This document shows, piece by piece, positions 28,775-39,172 of a stretch of 64,000 nt of DNA (position 1 is the first letter of the stretch; each line of letters begins with the position of its first letter). Source of the stretch: Methanobacteriota archaeon (lineage in GTDB: Archaea > Thermoplasmatota > Poseidoniia > Poseidoniales > Thalassarchaeaceae); the NCBI GenBank assembly GCA_014240285.1, contig JAAZXI010000004.1, positions 1,476 to 65,475 of the forward strand, written 5' to 3'. The translations under genes were made by a program, and so were the position numbers. The notes below the pieces were generated by a model that searched no databases, was not told where the DNA came from, and saw only the letters and a list, made by a program, of their open reading frames with translations.

Positions 28775-31700
28775 TTACTCCCCCTTCAATACTACTGCCA
28801 GATCCGCCTGTAGTGCCCTTCGCGTGGTGTAGAGCAGTGCCACCATCACCGCAATCAACACGGACGCGTTGACCAATGCGAGGTCTAACCAAGGCCAGAC
28901 TAGTTCCCTACTTATCGGTGCACTCTGACCTAGGAACAACTGGAATATGAAGCCGAAAATTCCGAAGAAGCCATTGAAAGACTCAGCGATGGCTAGACCG
29001 AGTATGACCCCTAGACCCATGCTCACAAGCAGTATGGAGAGAATCTCGAAGAGGACCAGTCGTATGACCTGGTTGGGACTCGCCCCTATTGCCTGAAGTA
29101 TGGCCAGTTCGCGCTTTCGCTGAGTCAGGACCAGGGACAGGAACACGAACGCGGAGGCCACCGAAGCCAGTGATGCCACGACGAACTGCAGGCTGAGCAG
29201 CCCGGGGGTGCCGAAGATTAGCCCCCCGTTTCGCTCGTTGTCCCTGTGGGCGGACGACCAGTCCGAGGCCGCGGTTACCCCGTTCCCGTTGGCTATCTCG
29301 ATGCTGATGGTCCTGAGTGCGTCTGCGCAGTCCTCGTCGCTCTGGTCGCACACCTCGAAGAACCAGCGAGTGGAGGTGTAGGCATCCGCAGTCGCGTTGC
29401 CAACCAGCTCCCTGTAGGCGGACTCGCCGATGACTATGGCCTGCTCCGCCTCGGACGAGGACAGGCCGGGGACCCAACTGTGCCTTCCCTGGTAGGTCAC
29501 CGTCGATTCGGTCACCGTAGTCGTCACGACCAGTTCGAAGTCCGCGCCGATCTGAAAGTCGTAATCCGTGTACTGAATGGTCTGGGACGATTCGGATTCA
29601 ATGTCATCGAGAACGTCTCTGGCTGCCTCTCCTGCAGTGAATCCACCGCCCGACCAACCGGACACTATCGCGTCGATTTCGTCTCCTGGAATCGCCTGCG
29701 AGTCCCATATCAGCGTGTCTTCGTGGCCGTCGAACAGCACCCAGGTTCGAATCAACGCGGACTTGCCCTCAGGGTTCGTAAATAGGTCCGCCACCGAAGT
29801 CATCGAATCGATGTCGGTGACGTCAGCATCGCCAGCGCGCTGGATGGCGAGCATCACCTCGTCTCTAGCCTGTTGCTCGGTGACAGGGGAGTCGAACTGT
29901 ACCTGTAAGTCTGCACCGATTTGAGCTGAGGTCGTTCGTTCGTCTACGATCGTACCGGTGTACCCCTGGACGGCGGCTAGAGTGACGATTGACAGAGTGA
30001 GCAGCATGATGACTGCGAGGCGGTTCACCGACTCGCTGGAGCCGGAACCCCGGAGTCCGCGCCGGATGTCCGAGATTGCCGGTGACCAGGAAAGCAGCCC
30101 GGTCAGTATGTTCGGTCCAGCAGCACCTATCCTACCGAGTACCAGAGCCCCTCCGACCCAGAGGCAGAACGGTCCCAGAAGCAGCAGAATCGCGTTCAGG
30201 ATGAAATTACCGATGATGCCGCTGCTCCCCCAGATCCAGAACCCCCCCTGAGACTGAATCCAGCTCTCTAGGTACGAGAGCAGCCCGACTGCGAAGGCGA
30301 TGACGTGGAGCCATGTCCTGGGCTCTCGCTTCTCGGCGACCCTCCTGACGCCCTCGTCAATCTCTATCCTCAGGAACTCCCTGGTGCGTGAGCTGCCAAA
30401 CAACAGGGCTACGCCCACGGTCAGGGCGACGATGAACAGGGTGGAACCGAAACTCAACGTCGGGTTGATTTCGATCCCACCGGATCTGAAGGACATGAAC
30501 CCGACAGCATCGAGCACCATTGGGACTGAGAGCAGCGCCAGCGTGTAGCCCACGAACCACGCGAACAGGCTGATTACCGCGAGTTCGAGCAGGATCATGC
30601 CCGACAGGGTGCTCTCCGTGCCACCTATGACACGGTGGATCGAAATCTCTCTCTTACGCTGCTCCAAAGACAGGACCAGTCCATAAATCAGCACCGAGAA
30701 GGAAAGCACCACGATGGGGATCATCAGGATGTAGTCGAAGACCTGTATGATTCCGAGGAATATGTTGAGGAAGATGATGGTACCTGAAATGAGGTCGTTG
30801 TACTCTACTATGATGCCTGCGCTGGTGTAGTTCCCGGATTCTACGTCTCCCTTCAGGGCGTCTAGCCACTTCGTCGCGTCTGCTGTGGATGTGGTGGGTA
30901 GCTGGTTCCTGTCCACCGACAGGCCGAGGTATCCGTGGTCATTGTCCATTAGGATGAGTTTCTGCTCGTCGCTGAGAACCGCGTCGGAAACCATGACCGG
31001 GTTAAACAACAGGGTTGGGTTTCCCGCCCCCCCCTCCTGGTACACGGCTGCCACTGTCAGGTTGTGGACGGTCATGTTCACCCTGCAGTACATGTATCCG
31101 GACTGGGCGTTGAAGTCCTCCTCGCCTTCGCAGTCCTCGAACCCGTCGGCGATGTTCTGGTAGCCGAGGTAGCCAGTCACGTAGGTGAAAGTGAGGGATG
31201 AGATTGTGTCGTTTACCGCAACTCCGGCGCTGCTCGCCACCTCTGAGGGCAGCACAATCGAACGGTTTGCAGCCGCATCATCAGCGCTGGCGGGCCAACT
31301 GCCGTAGATGATGCGTGAGTCCTGGCCTCGTGTCGAGTGTCGCTCGCCGAGCTCGCCATCCCATATGCCTTCACTGTAGAACCGGATCGTCCTGTCGCCA
31401 TTGATTGGTGGTCCCGATTCCAGTGCCTCAGGATAATCCCAACTGATATTGGACCAGTCGCCCGTGGGGCTCTCGGCGGCGACGACGTTGAGGGGTTGGG
31501 GGATGATGAAGTCCTCATCGAAGAAGCCGTCGACCCTGACGCCTTGGCGACCGAAGACCAGACCGCAGTCCGAGAACTCCTCCCTGGCGACGAACTCATC
31601 GCACATCGATTCCCACAACAAAGAGTCGTTGGTGCGACCCTCGGCGTCCTCTCCGGGGTCCTCCGCGAAGTCGACCTTCGCATCGAATATTTCCTCCTGG

Positions 31701-32287
31701 AGCGAGTACTGTAGGAAGGCCTGAGACAGCCCGACTCCGTATGCCAGCACCGTCGTGATAACTAGAGATGCGAGGAAGACGCCAGCGAACACAGCGAGAA
31801 CTCTCTCACGGCCCCTCCAGGAGCTCTTCGCCGCCATCAGTAGATTATCGGGCATCGCGGAGAGAATGTCCCGAATACTGGCTTCCCGAGCGGTGTTGGT
31901 CGGGGGATCGCCATACCTATTCACCCCAGAATTGCCACGTATGAATAGTGGGATACCTAGGCTAATTGGGAAGACTAGGGCCCAGAACCAAGAGAAGCCT
32001 GAGTCCTGGTACCTCCTGACTGTGACACTCAACCCCGGTAGGGTTAGGAAGAGAACGGCCAGTGCGGTGAGTAGGAGATTGAAACCTACGAGCATCGTCA
32101 TCACGGAATCGATAATCAGCGTGGTGACAAGTACGATCCAGTAGAATAGTAAGAACCACCAATATTCGGACCGTGAGGCTCTGCCACTCCAGTTCAGGTA
32201 GTTGCTCAAGCAAGACTTTACCGACTCGATGAAGGTCATCATCCTCACTGGTCTTCCATGGCCAGTTTGAGAGTGGTGTTCAGTCAT
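28775..32287 (-). CDS. FtsX/MacB-type ABC permease with an N-terminal DUF805-like membrane domain
   Basis: Two FtsX-type signatures (QRKREISIHRVIGG; QRKRELAILQAIGAS) and large extracellular loops. The N-terminus GRASRSEYWWF..VRRYQD..G.NRYG is DUF805-like. Confidence 0.87.
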   Translation of the reverse strand: MTEHHSQTGHGRPVRMMTFIESVKSCLSNYLNWSGRASRSEYWWFLLFYWIVLVTTLIIDSVMTMLVGFNLLLTALAVLFLTLPGLSVTVRRYQDSGFSWFWALVFPISLGIPLFIRGNSGVNRYGDPPTNTAREASIRDILSAMPDNLLMAAKSSWRGRERVLAVFAGVFLASLVITTVLAYGVGLSQAFLQYSLQEEIFDAKVDFAEDPGEDAEGRTNDSLLWESMCDEFVAREEFSDCGLVFGRQGVRVDGFFDEDFIIPQPLNVVAAESPTGDWSNISWDYPEALESGPPINGDRTIRFYSEGIWDGELGERHSTRGQDSRIIYGSWPASADDAAANRSIVLPSEVASSAGVAVNDTISSLTFTYVTGYLGYQNIADGFEDCEGEEDFNAQSGYMYCRVNMTVHNLTVAAVYQEGGAGNPTLLFNPVMVSDAVLSDEQKLILMDNDHGYLGLSVDRNQLPTTSTADATKWLDALKGDVESGNYTSAGIIVEYNDLISGTIIFLNIFLGIIQVFDYILMIPIVVLSFSVLIYGLVLSLEQRKREISIHRVIGGTESTLSGMILLELAVISLFAWFVGYTLALLSVPMVLDAVGFMSFRSGGIEINPTLSFGSTLFIVALTVGVALLFGSSRTREFLRIEIDEGVRRVAEKREPRTWLHVIAFAVGLLSYLESWIQSQGGFWIWGSSGIIGNFILNAILLLLGPFCLWVGGALVLGRIGAAGPNILTGLLSWSPAISDIRRGLRGSGSSESVNRLAVIMLLTLSIVTLAAVQGYTGTIVDERTTSAQIGADLQVQFDSPVTEQQARDEVMLAIQRAGDADVTDIDSMTSVADLFTNPEGKSALIRTWVLFDGHEDTLIWDSQAIPGDEIDAIVSGWSGGGFTAGEAARDVLDDIESESSQTIQYTDYDFQIGADFELVVTTTVTESTVTYQGRHSWVPGLSSSEAEQAIVIGESAYRELVGNATADAYTSTRWFFEVCDQSDEDCADALRTISIEIANGNGVTAASDWSSAHRDNERNGGLIFGTPGLLSLQFVVASLASVASAFVFLSLVLTQRKRELAILQAIGASPNQVIRLVLFEILSILLVSMGLGVILGLAIAESFNGFFGIFGFIFQLFLGQSAPISRELVWPWLDLALVNASVLIAVMVALLYTTRRALQADLAVVLKGE

Positions 32288-32313
32288 CTCAGTCCTCCTT
32301 TAATTCCCCTGAT

Positions 32314-33066
32314 TCATGTTGCGGATTGTGAGTCCATACCCCATGCTGAACGTATGTCAGAAGCAGCCGTAACACCGTCCTTGAGTAGCAGCATCCGGTC
32401 AGCCATCGAGGCTAGCGTGGGGTCGTGGGTGACCATCAGGACTGACATACCGTCCTCCTCGCACAGTTGCTTGAACAGGTCGATTATTTCCTGTCCACTC
32501 TTCACATCGAGGTTTCCCGTTGGCTCGTCGGCCAGAAGAAGGGGGCGTGAACCTGCGATTGCCCTAGCTATAGCGACCCTCTGCCTCTGGCCGCCAGAGA
32601 GCTGGTCGGGGATGAATTCCATGCGATCCGACAGACCGACCTTGTCCAGTGCATCCCTAGCCTGCTCCTCTGCTTGCGCAGTGGGGACTCCTGAGAGCTC
32701 TAACGCGAAAATGACGTTGTCCAATGCGTTCAGCCTGTCAATCAAGTGGAAGTCCTGAAAGATCCAGCCAATGCCTCGCCTGCGAACATTAACTACGCGG
32801 CTCGGCGACTTCGTACCGTAATTGAACTCACCGAGTGAGATTAAGCCTGAATCTGCCTCAAGCAAGCCTCCAATTATGTTGAGCAAGGTCGACTTGCCGC
32901 AACCCGAAGGCCCCATCATAGCTACGAGTTCGCCAGGCTGGATTTCGAGATCTATTCCCTTGAGGACCTCTAGTCTGCGTCTTCCAGAACCGAAGCCTTT
33001 GTGCAAGTCTGTGACACGTAGCACAGCCCTACGGGCTGAAGTTGACATATAAGCAGTTGTTGTCAA
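32314..33066 (-). CDS. ABC ATP-binding protein (LolD/MacB type)
   Basis: GPSGCGKS, LSGGQRQR, LLADEPTGNLD, VTHD. Confidence 0.94.
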   Translation of the reverse strand: MTTTAYMSTSARRAVLRVTDLHKGFGSGRRRLEVLKGIDLEIQPGELVAMMGPSGCGKSTLLNIIGGLLEADSGLISLGEFNYGTKSPSRVVNVRRRGIGWIFQDFHLIDRLNALDNVIFALELSGVPTAQAEEQARDALDKVGLSDRMEFIPDQLSGGQRQRVAIARAIAGSRPLLLADEPTGNLDVKSGQEIIDLFKQLCEEDGMSVLMVTHDPTLASMADRMLLLKDGVTAASDIRSAWGMDSQSAT

Positions 33067-34142
33067 CCACCTTGGGTTGCATCATGGTAAGCTTCAGCCA
33101 TGGCTTGTCCTTGTGCATCGGCACTCAGAGTATTCTTTACATGGTCAATTATGGAATCATCTGGATTCCTAGGGACTCCACCTGCTCGCATCCAAGCAGC
33201 ATGGACTTTTACTATCTCGTCCACCCATGCCACTACATCGGTCGCTGGCAGAAGGCACCGCTCCGGTATCACCTCGTTGTGGGTGGGAAGATTGGCTGCG
33301 ATGACAGGGCATCCGGCGGCCATCGCTATTGCTGGTGGGTAGCCGAAGCCCTCTGAGATGCTAGGGAACAGGAGGGCCTCAGCATGCTGGAAGGCCGCCA
33401 CAAGTTGTTCGTCGTCCAACTCAACCTCGCTTCCGATGTGGAGCATGTGGATGTCATCGGCTACCTCTTCGGGAAGACTGGTGATGACTTCGCGCACGAA
33501 ATTAAGTCGGTTACGCGGCTCGTCGGTGCCGACGGTAATTAGCAGGCACTTCGAGTCGTCGTCGTGCTCGGCGATGAGTTCGCGGGAGCGCGGATTACCT
33601 TCCGGGTCCCAGTAGTCGAGGTCTATCTGGTGTCGGACGAGCGCGGTTGGCTTACCCGGGAACATCCGCTCGACGTCCCTCCTCGTCATCTCCGAAGCGC
33701 AGATTAGCAAATCTGCCCTCGCCAGTCCCTCCTTCAGTCGCTTGAGGTCGCGACGGCGGAACAGACCTGGTCTCTGATCACCCACAGGAACTCTGATGTC
33801 GCCGGCCTTGATCTGGCGCGGCTCAAGGTGGAACATGTCGTGGACGGTCACCACCACGGGTATGGTGCAGGTCTCGGGGACGAGGTGAGCCTGTTCCTGG
33901 TCGGTTATGTGCAGGAGGTCGGGTTGCGAACTCTGAATTTCTTCCAATATTAGCTGTTTGTGCGAACTATTATTGGAACCTAGGTGCGGAATTTTAGTAA
34001 TACGGATTTCCATTGTAATTGCCTTCGTCCATCCAGGGACTTTGGCGCGATCAAGCATCACCTCGCTCGTCATATCCTGAGAATACAGTGAACTGCTCCT
34101 AGAGTGGACATCGCCGCGTACTAGTAATACCCGCTTTATCAC
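33063..34142 (-). CDS. GT4 glycosyltransferase
   Basis: VVTVHD; FPSISEGFGYPPAIAMAAGCPVIA. Confidence 0.87.
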   Translation of the reverse strand: MIKRVLLVRGDVHSRSSSLYSQDMTSEVMLDRAKVPGWTKAITMEIRITKIPHLGSNNSSHKQLILEEIQSSQPDLLHITDQEQAHLVPETCTIPVVVTVHDMFHLEPRQIKAGDIRVPVGDQRPGLFRRRDLKRLKEGLARADLLICASEMTRRDVERMFPGKPTALVRHQIDLDYWDPEGNPRSRELIAEHDDDSKCLLITVGTDEPRNRLNFVREVITSLPEEVADDIHMLHIGSEVELDDEQLVAAFQHAEALLFPSISEGFGYPPAIAMAAGCPVIAANLPTHNEVIPERCLLPATDVVAWVDEIVKVHAAWMRAGGVPRNPDDSIIDHVKNTLSADAQGQAMAEAYHDATQGG

Positions 34143-34258
34143 AATCTGAGCAAGGACCTCGAGTCTTTAACTCAGGTGACTTGAGTAGGTCTTTGGATGA
34201 TATTGCTCAATGAAACGAGGCCCGTGAGTATTCAAATGTGAGGCGTGGTCGGTTAACT

Positions 34259-35413
34259 ATGGAGTCGGAGATGCAGGAACGTCCCCTTCATGTTCTGCTG
34301 GTTCACGTTTGGTACTGGCCCCATGTTGGAGGGGGTGACCAGCATGTGGAGCAGATCGGCATGGAGTTGGTACGTAGAGGCCACCGGGTCACAGTGTGGT
34401 GCGCGGACGTCCCTGCGAACGATGAGAAGAGGTTTAATCGGGGTGGTGTGGATGTTATTCGCATAGAGCCGAGTACTGTACTTGGGGGCGTCGATCCTCT
34501 GGTTTCTGTCAAAGATCTAGACATGAGCGATGTCGATGTAGTTCACCTGCACGATACGTTGCCTGTACTGATACGCAGGACTCTAGCAAAAGCCCGTGCC
34601 TCAGGCAAGCCGATTGTGACTACATATCACAATGACTACGTCAAGCATACGACTGCTGGGAGGTTGCTGAAGAGGCTTAGATGGCGTTTACAGGGCCTTA
34701 GGACGCTGAACTCATCGGATGCTCGAATAGTGCTGACTCCATATTTCGAGCAACTACTGAGGAGCAAGGGCGTGAATGGAGAACTCGAAATCATACCCAA
34801 TGGATTCTCTCCAATTGAAGAATCTCCCCAAGCTCCCCCGATTCTAGCGGGCAGGGATTCAAGCAGGCCACTTCTGGTATTTGTCGGCAGACTCAGCGAG
34901 CAGAAGGGGATTGATGTGATGATGGATGCTTGGGACATCGTTGCCTCAGAAGGAGACCCTGGTTATGATTTGGCAATCGCGGGAGATGGCGAGTTGAGAA
35001 CATGGTTGACCAAGAGGTGCAGTGAGGCAAACTGTGCATCGAATATCTCGTTGCTGGGGTTGGTGACTGAGTCGGAGAAGCGGTGGCTGTTTGAGAGTGG
35101 TACGGCTGTTGTTATTCCCTCCAGATTTGAAGGACTCCCTACAGTGTTGCTCGAGTCAATGTATGCCGGAACACCAGCGATTATGACTGATGTGAGTGGC
35201 CTTGGGAGTCTACTGATTGAGGCTGGAGCGGGGATAACAATCCCTCCGGAGGACCCTACATCGCTAGCTTCGGCTATGGACGAGGCAGCCTTGGCAAATA
35301 GAGAGAAATTGGATGATTGGGGGGCCAAAGGGACGATTGCTTCTCAGGAATATCTGTGGTCATCGGTGGTAGACCGGGTTCTGGAAGTCTATCGCAAGGT
35401 ATCTAGTGATTAG
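34259..35413 (+). CDS. GT4 glycosyltransferase
   Basis: WPHVGG, GHRVTV, FVGRLSEQKG, PSRFEGLPTVLLESM. Confidence 0.92.
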   Translation: MESEMQERPLHVLLVHVWYWPHVGGGDQHVEQIGMELVRRGHRVTVWCADVPANDEKRFNRGGVDVIRIEPSTVLGGVDPLVSVKDLDMSDVDVVHLHDTLPVLIRRTLAKARASGKPIVTTYHNDYVKHTTAGRLLKRLRWRLQGLRTLNSSDARIVLTPYFEQLLRSKGVNGELEIIPNGFSPIEESPQAPPILAGRDSSRPLLVFVGRLSEQKGIDVMMDAWDIVASEGDPGYDLAIAGDGELRTWLTKRCSEANCASNISLLGLVTESEKRWLFESGTAVVIPSRFEGLPTVLLESMYAGTPAIMTDVSGLGSLLIEAGAGITIPPEDPTSLASAMDEAALANREKLDDWGAKGTIASQEYLWSSVVDRVLEVYRKVSSD

Positions 35414-35414
35414 A

Positions 35415-36635
35415 ATGTCAACCGAATCAGCAGAAATGCCTCCGCTCCTAGTAGCAAAGGGATCTTTCCAAGTCATGGGAGGCGCTGAGAGAGACCTGAT
35501 GCGCGTCCTTCCATCATTGAACCGAATATTCTCAGTGCAAATGGCAACAATCCATCCGTCTCAGGAACTCAGGAGCCTTTGCAAACGTGAGAATATTCCA
35601 CTAATTTGTCCGACTCTGTCGTGGGAGAATCCTACGGGAGCTATTTCGATTATTCTGGACACCGGTCGGGACACCTCCTCAAAGGCTTGGGGTGAATGTG
35701 AAGGCCTTGATGAAGCCATATCCAGGACCGATGTCGTACACATTGTCAGTGGAGATGGTAGCCTAACTCTGCTTGATCACATCCCTCAAACTGCAAAGGT
35801 CCACCTCCATCTGTTGGAGCCGCACAGGGGCCTTTACGAGGACACCCTCCACAGAAAGGTCGACGGGTCCCCTAAGAGGAGCCTGATGCTCACTCGACTT
35901 CTTCTATCTCGGGCTAGGCGGCGGGACAAGGCATTGATTGATACTAACTTGAAAAGAGGGAGATTTGGAGTCAGTGGAAATTCTGCCTTCTCCGCTAAGC
36001 GCACTTCCGAAGTCTACGGAATCGATGCGGGAGTATTGTGGCCTTGTGTTGATGCCTCGGAGTATCCGTCCGACTCGTCACAGGACCCTGAAAATCCATT
36101 CTCTGGATCTAACGGAGATTACGTAGTCAGTGTAGGAAGGGCATCTTGGGCCAAGGGGACTTGGGAGACGATTTCGATGCTGCAGGGTACCGGACTAGAT
36201 CTAGTCCATGTTGGCGGAGGTGATGATGCTTCACTTGCTATGATTAGAGCGCATGCTGATTCTTGTGATGTCGGACTTTGGATAGCACCAAGGCTGCCTT
36301 CTCCAGAACTTGTCAAACTAATGCGTGATTCGAGAGCGGTTGTGAGCATGGCCCATGCAGAGTCATTCGGACTCACACCAATAGAAGCCTTTGCGGTTGG
36401 AATTCCGGCCCTTTTTGTCGATGAGGGGGGCTTCCGGGAGACTCTAATCGACGGTGTGAATGGACGACTCCTGCCCCGTGGCGATTACGGCGTCTGGCAC
36501 TCCGCTCTCGAGCAAGCGGCTGATGGCGAAACCCGTATAGAATGGGCTGAGGCAGGACGGGCTCGAATCGCGAAGTTGGATCTCAGCCCGGATGCACACT
36601 GCCATCGTCTGGAGTCGATATTGGACCGTCTTTGA
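35415..36635 (+). CDS. GT4 glycosyltransferase (ALG2-like)
   Basis: GGAER, SVGR...KG, ESFGLTPIEAFAVG.P, GGFRET. Confidence 0.9.
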   Translation: MSTESAEMPPLLVAKGSFQVMGGAERDLMRVLPSLNRIFSVQMATIHPSQELRSLCKRENIPLICPTLSWENPTGAISIILDTGRDTSSKAWGECEGLDEAISRTDVVHIVSGDGSLTLLDHIPQTAKVHLHLLEPHRGLYEDTLHRKVDGSPKRSLMLTRLLLSRARRRDKALIDTNLKRGRFGVSGNSAFSAKRTSEVYGIDAGVLWPCVDASEYPSDSSQDPENPFSGSNGDYVVSVGRASWAKGTWETISMLQGTGLDLVHVGGGDDASLAMIRAHADSCDVGLWIAPRLPSPELVKLMRDSRAVVSMAHAESFGLTPIEAFAVGIPALFVDEGGFRETLIDGVNGRLLPRGDYGVWHSALEQAADGETRIEWAEAGRARIAKLDLSPDAHCHRLESILDRL

Positions 36636-36672
36636 TTCATGATTCTCTGAATCATGTCGTCAAATCATTAAA

Positions 36673-37452
36673 ATGGAGTATGATGAACGAAATTTCATGG
36701 ACGAAAGTCGCAAAGAAACAACCGGAGATCGCTCAGCCCAGATTGCCCTGACCATGGGGCTACTACTTTTTGCGTCGGTCATTCTTGGCTCGGGAGCCCT
36801 CGGAGACGACCGTAACTCTAACGCCGCTGATGATGACAATCGTGACGAAGCGGGCGATCGTTTTGGAGACGATAGGGTCGAGATGGATTTGGACGAAGAC
36901 ATGGTGAGGCTCGAGATAGCCTGCGATGACGGTGATGTCGAGGCCTGCGAAGAGCTGAGAGACATGTTCGAGAACAGGATGATGGAAGGTCGCACAGACA
37001 TGCGAGAGATGGATGAGCGCCGTGGGAACGACGATCGCGACATGCGGGGGGAGAATCAGATGCGAGTGCCACCCGAGGTGCTCCGTGAGATGGCTCAAAT
37101 GTGGTGCCATAATCATGTCTTCAACACCTTCTGGGATAACACCAACGCCGTCGAGTTGGATGACGGTTCAGGCTTCGAGATGATTACTTACGACGATGAT
37201 GACAATGAGGAAAGCACGGTAATTAGCCACGATGCAATGTGGCAAATCACATCCGGACTCGAACCACTCGTAGGATCTTGTGCTGGCATGATGATGGAGC
37301 TAATGGGAGTAGGAATGCATCCCCATGACACTGTCCACGAAGATGACTGGGGCGAGGAAGAATGGTGTGAGGAACACCCGGATGTCGCGGATTGCCAGTG
37401 GATGGACGAAGACGATTCGGATGAGTCTTATGAAAACGAGCCTCGCGACTAA
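36673..37452 (+). CDS. hypothetical acidic, Met/Asp/Arg-rich protein with N-terminal TM or signal peptide
   Basis: One hydrophobic segment followed by low-complexity sequence with paired Cys residues. Confidence 0.7.
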   Translation: MEYDERNFMDESRKETTGDRSAQIALTMGLLLFASVILGSGALGDDRNSNAADDDNRDEAGDRFGDDRVEMDLDEDMVRLEIACDDGDVEACEELRDMFENRMMEGRTDMREMDERRGNDDRDMRGENQMRVPPEVLREMAQMWCHNHVFNTFWDNTNAVELDDGSGFEMITYDDDDNEESTVISHDAMWQITSGLEPLVGSCAGMMMELMGVGMHPHDTVHEDDWGEEEWCEEHPDVADCQWMDEDDSDESYENEPRD

Positions 37453-38054
37453 TCGAGCGGGATACGTTCGGCCCTAGGGCCGAGCCTGAACACCACTACC
37501 AGGGCTGCTATGCCCACGAGCAGTAGTACCGCTGAAAAGATTGGATTGAGAACCGTGGCCGAGTCGGAGGGCAGCCAAATCGGCATGATGTCGAACAGCG
37601 ATTCACCGCGGACCAACTTCCCACCAATCGACGAAGCCATAGTGGTCATCAACATCGCCATGGCCGCTGTGGCTCCTTGAAGCGCGCTAAGCGAGCGGTG
37701 CTGCCAAACTCCCGGTCCAAGGCGCACCCTGCCTATTACAAACGAGGCCCAGAACCCAAAGGCTAGACCGGTGTACACGAACTTGTTGTAGAGCAAGGCG
37801 TTGTTGACCACGTTGTCGGCTGCGAAGGAACCGCTCAGTGCCGCGATGGGCATGAACATCAGACCCAGCAAGGCCCCCGCAATCGAAGCCTTATCCATCG
37901 TAACCATAACTCGATCAGATGACAATCTTCCGCCGGCAATATTCGGGAAGATTGTGGCTATTGCGCATCCCATCGCGCAAAGTGTGGCCAGCATCATCGA
38001 TCCCACGACCACCTCAGCCATCGCGGCGTGGAACGTCGCTGCTCCGAACATCAC
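37449..38054 (-). CDS. DUF2231-like integral membrane protein
   Basis: About five TM segments, N-terminal His (TFHAAMAE), AALSG and GGKLV motifs recalling DUF2231. Translationally coupled to the upstream gene. Confidence 0.62.
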   Translation of the reverse strand: MMFGAATFHAAMAEVVVGSMMLATLCAMGCAIATIFPNIAGGRLSSDRVMVTMDKASIAGALLGLMFMPIAALSGSFAADNVVNNALLYNKFVYTGLAFGFWASFVIGRVRLGPGVWQHRSLSALQGATAAMAMLMTTMASSIGGKLVRGESLFDIMPIWLPSDSATVLNPIFSAVLLLVGIAALVVVFRLGPRAERIPLD

Positions 38055-39172
38055 TCACCACCTTCCGGCGGATTGTTCGGATCTGCCACCCACTCTTCTT
38101 CAACCGGGTCCCACAGCCATCCGGGATTCTCCTCAGACGGGACCATTCTCGACCAGTAGTCGTCCGCGGGCTCTAGACCTGGGGGCTCTTCTGGAGGCGA
38201 CTCGGTCGCCTCGACCTCCTCGGTGTGATCGGGGTCTTGGCGACCCTCCCAAGGAGAGAGCCTAGCTTGCAGCGAGAGCAGGAACGCAATGATGAGTAGT
38301 CCGAAAGCGAGGGCTTGTATCCTCGCACCCCATATCTCACCGTCGAAAGCGGCCGGCTCAGTAGCCACAGTCAACCACGGCTGTACTATCGAGAAGTCTC
38401 CATTGGACGTAGTGACCTGATACTGGATCCGGATGTCACCAATGGTAGCTGGTAGCATGGCGTGCCACTCGTCGTCCTCTCCTGTGACTTCGGCATTGTG
38501 CGGCACCCACTCGTCCTCCAACATCCACTGAACCGAGACAGAAGTGGTGTTCCGCGTCCTAATCACAGTTGGAGAGTCGTCGCCTGTAACTCTGGTCTCG
38601 GGTGACCAGTCGAAAGCGAAGCCGGGTAGGTTCTCTGGCACGGGCTGGACATCGACTACATAGCCGCGGGTAAGTGCCGAGTAGGCCCAGTTGTTGCTAT
38701 TAGGACTGGAGCCGTGATGAATCTCCGTCAAGAGAGTCTGAATTCCGGGCTGCACAGGAGCCAGCATCACCCAGGTAAGCGTTACCGAGCCGCTGGGCGG
38801 GACGACGACTTCGACATAATTGCGCGTGCCGCCGTTAGGGTCCTGAAGGATGTTCCAACCGTGGTCCTCTGGATGGTCGTCGTTACCGTTAGCCGATCCT
38901 AACAGGAACACTCCTAGCAGTCGGTTGCCCGACAGACTCATCCCGCTTGCTGTGACATGTACCGCGGTTGCGGTACCCGAAAATGCGAGGGGATTGACTG
39001 ACACCGTCACGGTGCCGTCCGATGGACTGCTGAGCGCCGGGTCGCCGTGGCACGAGCCTCCGCAGGTGTAGTCTCGGTCTGCATCGCCCTCGCCACCGGG
39101 ATTGGCCATGCTAGCGCCGGTGGCGAGCAGTAGCGCGATGATGGTTAACACGGCGACTCGGGGGCGCATCAC
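38051..39172 (-). CDS. membrane-anchored Reeler/choice-of-anchor-V-like surface protein with a CGGSCH motif
   Basis: Signal peptide, YTCGGSCHG, beta-rich domain, C-terminal TM, and a PGWLWDP..EW tail. Confidence 0.7.
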   Translation of the reverse strand: MMRPRVAVLTIIALLLATGASMANPGGEGDADRDYTCGGSCHGDPALSSPSDGTVTVSVNPLAFSGTATAVHVTASGMSLSGNRLLGVFLLGSANGNDDHPEDHGWNILQDPNGGTRNYVEVVVPPSGSVTLTWVMLAPVQPGIQTLLTEIHHGSSPNSNNWAYSALTRGYVVDVQPVPENLPGFAFDWSPETRVTGDDSPTVIRTRNTTSVSVQWMLEDEWVPHNAEVTGEDDEWHAMLPATIGDIRIQYQVTTSNGDFSIVQPWLTVATEPAAFDGEIWGARIQALAFGLLIIAFLLSLQARLSPWEGRQDPDHTEEVEATESPPEEPPGLEPADDYWSRMVPSEENPGWLWDPVEEEWVADPNNPPEGGE

